The notes beneath the pieces are model-generated. The model was not told where the DNA came from. It ran no database searches and was given only the letters and a program-made list of their open reading frames with translations. From NCBI RefSeq assembly GCF_001194135.2, contig NC_068999.1, positions 51,565,872 through 51,600,886 of the forward strand: a DNA stretch of 35,015 nucleotides, in the 5' to 3' direction. The position numbers and the translations under genes are program-made. Origin of the DNA: Octopus bimaculoides (taxonomy: Eukaryota). This document shows, one piece after another, positions 22,960-34,300 of the stretch. Numbering within the stretch: the first letter of the stretch is position 1; each line of letters opens with the position of its first letter.

Positions 22960-25900
22960 NNNNNNNNNNNNNNNNNNNNNNNNNNNNNNNNNNNNNNNNN
23001 NNNNNNNNNNNNNNNNNNNNNNNNNNNNNNNNNNNNNNNNNNNNNNNNNNNNNNNNNNNNNNNNNNNNATATATAAATATATATGTATGTATATATACAA
23101 ACATACATACATACATGCATACATACATACATATATACATATATATATACATACATATATATATACATATATTTCTATAAATTATATTTCTATAATACAT
23201 ACATATACATATATATTCTATAAATATTTCTATGTGTATGTGTATATATACATACAAATATATATGTATACATACACAAATAAGACAATACATTTAGAGG
23301 TTGTATACATTTATAAGCCTACATCTACACATTGAAATGTGTGTGTACAATAAATTATATATAGTTTTTATTATTTCACAGGTTTCAGACACACACACAC
23401 ACACACACATACAGGCATACACACACAGACATGTCTGTGACAATATTAATATATATTTGTGCGTGTAAATATATGCATATAAAAGTGAAAGAGAGGAGTC
23501 ATAGAAACAATAATTTTCTAATTGACACTTCTATAGTACTATATATCGACAATATTATATGGTGTTGACTTACTGTTAAGTCTTTAGATAGAAGTTCTTT
23601 TTGAAAACACACACAGTTTTCTGTGTGCGTGTGTGTGTGTGTATGCACATGTGCATGGATGTGAGAACAGTGCTGCTATTTGAATAAGATACTTTGCAGT
23701 ATTTGTTCTAACTCTACATGTTCTGAGTTCAAATTCTCTGCTACATCAACCTATCTTTATATTTATCTTTTAACTTGCTGTGCATACAAGAAGCAACAGT
23801 ACAAATGGCATTCACAAACCCTCCAAAATCAATTGATACTGTGAATATTCCTCTTCAAATTTTATAAATCAATATCTTTGGGAAATACAGGAGCAGGGAG
23901 GAAATTCCACAGGGGTGACTTTCTAAAAAAGGATGATCTTACTTAAATGGAATCCTTTGCGCCCTATGGGGCATATGCCAATGCTGACAGTTTCCCATTG
24001 TTCTCTAATCTGGACTGATTTGAACTCAGACTATAAAGAGCACAAACAAAATACTCCACAGCATTTTGTCTGACACCCTCCTGATTCTGCCAATCCACAA
24101 CCCCTTTAACATATATTTTTTTTCTTAATATATATTTCTTTATTAAAGCTCTCACTGGTGAAATTTGTCGTTTGCCTGAAACTAACGTGGAATGGTATAA
24201 TCACATTGAAAAGGCTTTAGAGCTATGTGATTGTATAGAAGGTTCAGATTTGAGTAAACAAGACAAGTCACATGTAAGAATAATAATATCTTCATTGTTA
24301 TTTTCTATTATCTATTTAAAGTTTTAAATGCAGCATTCTTGTTTGTTTGTTTGTTTGTTTGTTTTTTTTTTGGGGGGGTGCATTTCATGGGTCTGGAGGA
24401 AGAGCCTATGCTCAAGGCTTTTGCAACCTTCCAAAACTAATGAGATTGATGCCATTAATGTTCCTTTTGAAACTATGTAAGTCAACATCTGTGAGAAATG
24501 CATGAACAGAGAAGGAGTTTCAGAGATCCTACATACTAGGTGTAGGCCTGAGGAGTTGGACACAACAAGAAGAATAAGAGAAGGAAAGGCAAGTGAAACA
24601 GGAATGTCTAAGTGAAGGAGGATGAACCCAATAAGCTATGAGGTAATCAATGATCTCACCCTCCTACTCATTTCTGTTCCAGGTTTGTCTCTCAAATTGT
24701 CCCCTGCTCCTTCCGGATCTTCTTACTTCATTCTCCAGGTCACATCACCAGGAGTTTCTCAACCTTCCTCTCTTTCCTTTTAACCTAAGGGTTCCATTTG
24801 AGAAACTGCCTGACAACACTGTACTGGGGCTTCTGATGGCATATCCAATCCAGTACCTCTTTCTTCAATTGATTTTTATGTGAATGGGGAGTGGGTCTGT
24901 TGGGTTCACTCCAGAAGTAAATAGTACTGAACAGCAAGGTCTTTCATTGTACATTTATAACCTGATAACTGAAATTCTAAGGATGATAAGAGTATCAATG
25001 GTCAAGTTGTAAATGTGCAAATAGAAACTTTGATACTTATTAGAGTTTATTTTAGAAAAATTGTAATAAAATAGTAATTAACCACTTATGTGTGTTTTAA
25101 GTGGCCCTAATTACTCTTATGACTTTTATGTTGATATATTGACTATTCAGTAGCTATCAATAAAGTATTTTATTTCTATGTGGAAGTCCCTAATAGTTTT
25201 GATAAACCAAAGATGGTAATCAAGAAAACCAATGGTCAATATATGCTAATTTTATTAAATTGTTATGCAAATGAATACACGGATGGTTCTAATTTATTCT
25301 AATGTATTTTGGATTGAATTTCTATGTCAGAGAGGATTTCCAGCCTTCATGGGAACAACATTTATATATTTTACTTATCAGTCCACTATTTTATAACATA
25401 ATTGCTTATTAATTAACAAATTGTAAAAGTATTTGGTTAAATTCTGTTTTACCACAATTCAATGGTTTCAAATTTTGACACACGGCTAGTAATTTTGGGG
25501 GAGGGGATAAGTCAATAACAATGATCCCAGTGCTCTACTGGTGCTTACTATATTGACGCTGAAAGATGTCAACCTTGGAAGAATCTGAACCCAAAATATA
25601 AAGCCAAAGTGCTGCTAAGCATTTCGCCCAGCATGCTAGCAATTCTAGCAATTCTGCTGACTTGTGTTTCACCACAATCTATTAAAATATGATGCAGATT
25701 ATTCATTATTATTACTTTTATATTTCTAGCTGGAATCTTCATCTGTCTCATTGTGGAATCATGCTGTATCGTCTAAATTTGGAGGTCAGCTCTCAACAGC
25801 AGCTAATGCAAAATGTGAGTTTTGGTTTAAGCTTTACTTTAATTAATAGAAATTGGTCAGCTAAGAACCATAGAACCGAAAATAAGCTATCAGTAGGCTG

Positions 25901-28900
25901 ATTCAGCCTCTAAATTTTTATTCTCATTTGTAGTTACTTCATTCTGTTCATTTTTGTTATATTATTGTAAGACATCCCTCTTGTTCACTCCTTTCCCTAA
26001 AATCTTAAGCCTTATGGCTCTCTGGAAAAGGATCGCAAAAACCATTATAAAGTACCTGTGTTGAAGAACAACAATAGAATCAATGTGACCTACAGCCTAA
26101 AAAGAAATATGCTGTTTTATTATCTTAAGCATTTTAAAAATGATAAATACTAATATACCAAAAGAAAATGATATCACATTGGGGATGAGCTTTCATAATT
26201 CTAAACAACTGTGAAAATATCCTTTAAATATTAATTAATGTTATAATATATATTGATGTAAAGGCAGCGAGCTGACAGAAACATTAGCACGCCGGGCGAA
26301 ATGCTTAGCGGTATTTCATCTGTCTTTACATTTTGAGCTCAAACACTACCGAGGTTGACTTTGCCTTTCATCCTTTCGGGATCAATAAATTAAGTACCAG
26401 TTGTGTACTGGGGTCAATCTAATCGACTGGCCCCCTTCCCAAATATTTCGAGCCTTGTGCATAGAGTAGAAAAGAATATATATTGATGTAAAAATGATGT
26501 TTTTGATATTTCTTAACTGAATCGGTCTTTTACAGTGAGGAATTTATCTTTTAAGATGGTACATTTTTGTAACAGTAACACATCAGATGAAGTCACTCTA
26601 AGAAAATTATGTATGGTTCGTAAAATTTTAGTTTTATTCAGTTACTGTTGACTTTTTATTGGAATTATTTTGTGTGTGGCGGGGGTGTATATATCCATAT
26701 CTATATGTATATATATATTATGTAGGTGTTGTTGTGGCCAATCAGAAAGTCACCATAGGTTTCATGTTGCATTTATAGCCATATAGGCACCTCATCAGAC
26801 CTACAGGCTGGAATCTACATGTATATATATGTGTATATTATGTGTATGCATGTGTGTGTGTGCACACAGAATCATGAAGTTGCCAGAAAGATGTCAAAAG
26901 GTCATCGAACAAAATGGAAACTATACAATTGATTAAAGTTCGTTCTTTGTATGAAAAAAAAATTTTACTTCACACTAAAAAACCGAAATTACTTTCTTGC
27001 CAACCCAATACTCACACACACATGCATACACAGAGTGGTGGTGATGATATAATACTATTATTAGGTCTTTAACTTATGCCTTTATGTTAACGATATAAAA
27101 TTCAGATTACCAATGCAAAATTTGTTTTTGTTAAACCAATGTCCACTATCTAATAGCAATTAAAATTCCATACAAGTAAACATATTTAATTTTGTACAAA
27201 AATTCTGAGTTAAAAGCAGAATTTGAAATTACAATCTTTCATTTCTCAAAGCATACATTCACTCTTTGTTTTAACTCCAAATTCTGATATATTGAGACTG
27301 AGTATATTTTCATACATCAAATGTTTTCCCTCTCGTGCAGTAAGTTATCATTCTGAGTTAATAACCTTTGGACATTGGTAATTAATATCAATATTTAATC
27401 AATACATAATATTTCAGATGGGACTGAAAACTATACGATCTTGGTTAGGTAAGTTGAAATAAACAATTTTGTCTTCATACAAAGATTACTCTTTTCTTTC
27501 TTTTTTTTTTTTCCTTTGAAAGAAAATTAGTTGATCATAATGTCACTAATTATCAAGGGAAAATGAAAGTTACTTAAAATTATAGTCTAGCTCATGTCAA
27601 ATATAACAAATAATACATGAGATATTAAAACAGCATATATTTGTATGTTATTTGATAAAGTAGATATTAATGACTTACTGACAAAGTGACTTGCTCCAAA
27701 AGATTACTTCCTGCAAAGCAACAACAGAGTTGTTGCTTTGTTTTTGGTTACTTGTGTTTCACATAGTAGAAATAGCAGTCAAACCTTCGTGAAGTAAGAC
27801 TAAATGAAAAGAAAAGTACTGTCTTAAGCCCATGGAAACCAAGGTGATTACCTAGTTTCCATGGTTTATAAGGGACTGGGATCACAAAATTCCCCTAGAG
27901 TTGGATACCAATCCATCACAGGGTCACTCATGAGGTTTTCTTTTTTTAATGTCTTGCAAGTACTTGGTGTCAGTGTAGGTGCCACTTAAAAGCACCCAGT
28001 CCACACTGTAAAGTGGTTGGTGTTTGGAAGGGCATCCAGCTGTAAAAACCTTGCCAAAACTGACCTCACCTGTGCTTGTGGGGGCACTTCACAAGAGCCA
28101 CTGATTTAGTCTAACAATTTTTATTGCTGCAAATTGTTATCCACTCTAATAATTATGATAGTTGTCATAGATGTATATAATGAGTAATTTGTATCATTTC
28201 AGACTGCAATTATTCAGACAGAGCTGAGTCAATTTTAAAAGTGACGATGGAGGTATGTAAAACTTCTATAATGAGTGTTCATGTATCATATAATCTATCT
28301 ACATGTATGTGTGTGTGTTTAATGTGTACAAATATTTGTAGGTATGCGTGTGAATAGACAGACAGACAGATAGATGACAAATGAATAAATGATTATATAA
28401 TTCTTTTCCTAAATAAATTGCTCTTCATATTGAAGGCTCTGATAAAGCTATATGGTGTTACTCAAGCACTCAACTATGAGTCCACTGCATCTTATAGCAG
28501 AAANNNNNNNNNNNNNNNNNNNNNNNNNNNNNNNNNNNNNNNNNNNNNNNNNNNNNNNNNNNNNNNNNNNNNNNNNNNNNNNNNNNNNNNNNNNNNNNNN
28601 NNNNNNNNNNNNNNNNNNNNNNNNNNNNNNNNNNNNNNNNNNNNNNNNNNNNNNNNNNNNNNNNNNNNNNNNNNNNNNNNNNNNNNNNNNNNNNNNNNNN
28701 NNNNNNNNNNNNNNNNNNNNNNNNNNNNNNNNNNNNNNNNNNNNNNNNNNNNNNNNNNNNNNNNNNNNNNNNNNNNNNNNNNNNNNNNNNNNNNNNNNNN
28801 NNNNNNNNNNNNNNNNNNNNNNNNNNNNNNNNNNNNNNNNNNNNNNNNNNNNNNNNNNNNNNNNNNNNNNNNNNNNNNNNNNNNNNNNNNNNNNNNNNNN

Positions 28901-31344
28901 NNNNNNNNNNNNNNNNNNNNNNNNNNNNNNNNNNNNNNNNNNNNNNNNNNNNNNNNNNNNNNNNNNNNNNNNNNNNNNNNNNNNNNNNNNNNNNNNNNNN
29001 NNNNNNNNNNNNNNNNNNNNNNNNNNNNNNNNNNNNNNNNNNNNNNNNNNNNNNNNNNNNNNNNNNNNNNNNNNNNNNNNNNNNNNNNNNNNNNNNNNNN
29101 NNNNNNNNNNNNNNNNNNNNNNNNNNNNNNNNNNNNNNNNNNNNNNNNNNNNNNNNNNNNNNNNNNNNNNNNNNNNNNNNNNNNNNNNNNNNNNNNNNNN
29201 NNNNNNNNNNNNNNNNNNNNNNNNNNNNNNNNNNNNNNNNNNNNNNNNNNNNNNNNNNNNNNNNNNNNNNNNNNNNNNNNNNNNNNNNNNNNNNNNNNNN
29301 NNNNNNNNNNNNNNNNNNNNNNNNNNNNNNNNNNNNNNNNNNNNNNNNNNNNNNNNNNNNNNNNNNNNNNNNNNNNNNNNNNNNNNNNNNNNNNNNNNNN
29401 NNNNNNNNNNNNNNNNNNNNNNNNNNNNNNNATATATATATACATATACATATATATGTATGTGTATGCATATACATATATACATATATATGTGTGTATG
29501 TGTATATACATATATATATGTATGTGTATATATGTGTGTATATATATATAGATAGATAGATAGATATATACATGTATATCTATGTATGTGTGTGTATATA
29601 TATATATATATATAAAGTGCTTAGCCCTAAACTCATTGACCTCTCTAGAAAATGGAGCAAGAAAAGACTTTGTTACTCTATGTCAACAACAAAGGATTGT
29701 CCCCCTTCAACTGTTATTCATAATTGACTGTGTTAGTGTGTGAATCCCAGAACACCAGCATGAATTTCCTGAAGTGCAAGCAGAGTCCAAAGACCTCCTT
29801 TTTGGAGTTAAGGATGTTCCCCATGTCAAGGGAGTCCTTTCATATTCTTATCCATTCAGTTATGTACAGTTTACAATGCTTGGTCCCATTTATGTGGGAG
29901 CCTGGATTTTCTAGGATCTTCCATATTATGTGTGGAGTTCCATCTTTCAGCTGCCATACATGGCTGACTAAGGATGTAACATATCTCCTGAAAACGGATG
30001 TATGAATGTTGGTGATGCTGTTTCTGCTGATGTTGACACTGCAACACTGCCGCTACCACTCTTGCTGGTGCTGGTGCTGTTAGTGTTGGTGTTGGTGTTG
30101 ATGTTGTTAAAGTTGGTGCTGGTGCTTCCCTCTACACCAGTATTAATGGCACAAGCGCCAGCACCAACACCAATGCCAGCTTTAACAACATTGACACCAA
30201 CAACACCAGCAGCAACAACAGCAGTAGCAGCAGCATCAACATCAGCAGAAACAGGTGTCGCCAACACCTGCACACAGAGATACATTGGATGTTCCAGTAA
30301 CATGTTCAAACAGCACCTCTCCAACCACAAGTCCTCTTTCAGGAGATACGCTACATCCTCGCCAACATTCACACATGAGATACTTCAGATGTGCTGGTAA
30401 CATGTTCAACCAGCACCTCTCCAATCACAGATCCTTTTTCCACCAACAATTAACAATAAGCACTTCTTTATGCAGTTGTCTTCATGCATATGCATCACAT
30501 GACCATATAATATTATTAGCAGTTCCCATTTTCTAAATTTAAGGTTTTGTGCCTATGTAAGAAATCAGTATTAAATATCCATTAGCCTTCATTATATGAC
30601 AGTTTTCTCAATAGAAGTATATATTTCTCTTTCAGTCAAATAACAAGCTGAAGGAGATATATTTCGCTCAGAAGGAGGATAGCCATATTTTATCAATCGG
30701 TGAAGATTTGAATTTGTACAAGTTGGATATAGAAAACAACTACTTCCATTTGTTCTGCTACCAAGCTGAAATTGTAAGTCTTTCTTTGGTTCGTTTTTAA
30801 GCCTTCCAAAAGAATAATAAAAGAAAATCTATAGCCACCACTTATAAGGAAGTATGACATGGCAGCATGGTGTGTTTATATCCCTGTAACTTAGCAGTTC
30901 AGGAAAAGAGACCAACAGAATAAATACCAGTCTGAACAAAAATAAAAAGTACTGAGGTCAATTCATTCGACTAAATTCTTCAACGCAGGGCCCAAGCATG
31001 GCTGCTGTCTAATGACTGAAACAAATGAATGATACTAACAAGCATTAATTAAAACAATTATTTCAAGGCACTTTCACTTTAGATTTTACTTGATGTAAGA
31101 AATTTGATGCAGACCTAGTTCAAGCTAGACATCGTGGTGGTCACTCAACTACTGGGTCTTCCATAAAAACAATTCTATTCTTTGAATAGAAAGAACATCT
31201 TCTCGGGGTTATAGGAATTTATGAAGCCATTGCATTGTCAAGTAATCTGTAGTGTTAAGCTTATGAGAGATGGGTTTAACCTTGGATAACATGCCTGTGT
31301 AATACTAGCTACATTCCCCATAGTATATTGCACTAAAGTGTGTG

Positions 31345-31384
<40 letters not shown>

Positions 31385-34300
31385 CATGCATACAATATAT
31401 ATTATTCCTTCCTTAGTTGTCTTTCCTTCTCCTGCCCTTAGCCTCTTTCCTTCTCCTGCCCTTAGCCTCTTTCCTTCCCTGTTTTTCAAATTTGCAATAT
31501 TTCATGTGTCCAACCCCCTGCCACCTGACCTATCAACCCACAACCTTCAGGATGGGCATATTCAATTATTCATTCATGTTGATTATAACCCTACTTTAAC
31601 TGCTGTCTTCCTACTAACATTCATTGCTCCACGTTACCTCCCCTCACACTCCCTTATCTTCTTCGTTGTTATTATTCATCTCCTCATACTCACTACTCAA
31701 AATTTATTTATTCACAGCATTATCAGTAAATACTTCATCTCTTTCCACTAAAAGATTCTCCTCAAAACGATAGATTTTTTTCCCTCTTAGAAAAATAATT
31801 CATTTCACTTTGTGAAATTTCGTATTTATTATATACTTACACAAACCATCACTAGTTTCTTCAGATTCCATTGTTCCACTTAGAACCATATAGAATTTAG
31901 AACCATATTCAAGAACACAATGAGCTATCTAAATCAGATATAAACACATGAGTCATGTTATCACCACAATCGTTGTTTTACTGTTTGCCACTCTCCTTAT
32001 TGGAAATGTATTTAATAAACATAAAAATGCATAGAATATATGTCTTAGTAATATAAAATTCATCACTGATTATTTCGATATAGATATTTCATTTTGTTAT
32101 GTTAACCAATCAATAAATTATATTCTGCAATGTTTTGTTCTTTGTCTGAAAGGCATTTGCTCAAGGCCAGTATGATACTGCATATAGCCACATACAATCA
32201 GCTAAAGATATGCTTGCATTATTCCCCAAGGAGGTAATATATTTCAGTTATTTTATAGATTAATACAAAGTCAAAGTTATATAATAAAACAAAAACTTGT
32301 TTACTATTAGACATTTATATTTCTTGTTCATAGATTGTATATTTTATTTATTTTTCCTAAATGTGGTGAATAAAACTTTTTTTTAGTTAATAATCAGTTT
32401 GTTCATAAATATTGTTTCAAATTTTGGCACAAGGTCAGCAATTTCTGAGGAGGGAGTAAGTCAATTACAGCGACTGGCACTTTATTCTATTGCCTGCAAA
32501 AGCATGAAAGGCAAAGTTGATCTCAGCAGCATTTGAACTTAAAATATAAAGAATTAGAAGAATTGTGGCTAAACATATTGTCCACTGTACTACTAACAAT
32601 TCTGCCAGATTACTTCCTTAGTTTCTTCGTTAATATCGGTTTCATATTTTGGCACAAGGCCTGCAAGTTTGGGGAAGGAGTAAGTCAATTACACTGACCC
32701 CAGTGCTCAACTGGTACTTATTCTTTTCTACTCTAGGCACAAGGCCCGAAATTTTGGGGGAGAGGAGGCCAGTCGATTAGATCGATCCCAGTATGCAACT
32801 GGTACTTAATTTATCGACCCCGAAAGGATGAAATGCAAAGTTGACCTTGGTGGAATTTGAACTCGGAATGTAAAGACAGACGAAATACCACTAAGCATTT
32901 CGCCCAGCATGCTAACGATTCTGCTAGCTCGCCACCTTAACTGGTACTTATACTATCAACCCTGAAAGGATGAATGACAAAGTTGACTTCAGCGGAATTT
33001 GAACTCAGAATGTAAAGACAGACAAAATGCCGCTAAGCATTTTGCCCAGTGTGTTAACAATGCTGCCAGCTCACTGCTTTAGTTTCTTCGTTAATATTAA
33101 TTATTGATATAGCATAACACATAAGGCGGAGAGCTGGCAGAATCGTTAGCATGCTGGGAAAAATGCTTAGCGGCATTTCGTATGTCTTTATGTTCTGAGT
33201 TCAAATTCTGCTACGGTTAACTTTGCTTTTCTTCCTTTCAGGGTCAATGAAATAAGTACCAATTGAGCACTGGGGTCGCTGTAATTAACTAGCCCCCTCC
33301 CCTAAAATTTCAGACCTTGTGCCTATAGTAGTAAAGATATAACATAACACATACCTCACAATTATTTGATAGACAATCTCACCTTAAATATTTATTTATT
33401 TAACTAAATTGTTATTGTAGTTAGTTTAATGTATATATTATACTTAAATATAAAAAAATGTATTGCCATCAGTTTCAGTAATAAGGATTCAGCTATTTGA
33501 TCAACTGAGTTTTCTGCTCTTCAAACGAGTGTGTAAATGGCTTAGACAAATATACCCTTAATGTGATTCTCATACAGACCATCCCTTTAACTTACCGGTA
33601 AAATCCAAATGATGGACTTAAAAACAGTTTCCATCTACCCAGTTTCACTCACAAGGCTTAGGATGAGCCAAGACTATGGTAAAAGTCACTTATCCAAAAT
33701 GCCACGCAGTGGAATGGAACCTTGGACCTGGTTATTGTGAAGTGAACATCTTAATCAATCACTACACCCTCGGCTTAGATATAATAGTAAACTAAATTAT
33801 TGTGTACCTTCAAAATAGTTACCATTCTAGGATTTATATTAATTTCTAATTAAGCAAAAACTCGCAAATCTATTTTGGTTTTGTCTCTGATTTTCAAGAT
33901 TCTTTATGTGAATTCATGTATTGAAACAAATTTGTTGTGTCTAGGGAGACTCAAATCGATAAACAACGAAATTGAGAATATGTGATGGTCATGATTTTCT
34001 AAAAGCACCAACCTCATTCTCTTCTTCTATAAGTTTATGGCTTTGTTCTGAAATTAAAAGCTAACAGATAATTAAAATATTAACAATTCTGATAGGAACC
34101 ATTCTAAAAATTGCATAGATTTTATATATTTTGATTAATAAATAAGCAATATTACTTTTCAGAGTGGCTTTATATGTCAGTTGTGTTACAATTTTGGTGT
34201 AGAATTATTCCGAAAGAAATATTTTGATGAGTGTGTTTTGTGGTTGAGTTTAAGCCACGATATTGGAAAAGATAAAAAAGAAATATCTTCCACAATACAG

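Noticed and set aside
24930-25215. Possible extra TEX11 exons ([19 protein letters not shown]; [21 protein letters not shown])
   Set aside because: Exons 2 and 3 already join in phase 0 with colinear homology. These stretches have poor splice sites and no TEX11 similarity.
29968-30400. ORFs 30002..30400 (+, hydrophobic LLVLVL then T/A-rich, mucin-like) and 29968..30372 (-)
   Set aside because: Both arise from the low-complexity inverted repeat of the Penelope remnant inside a TEX11 intron. Only the YIG...NHKSSF end is protein-derived, and that is from the transposon.
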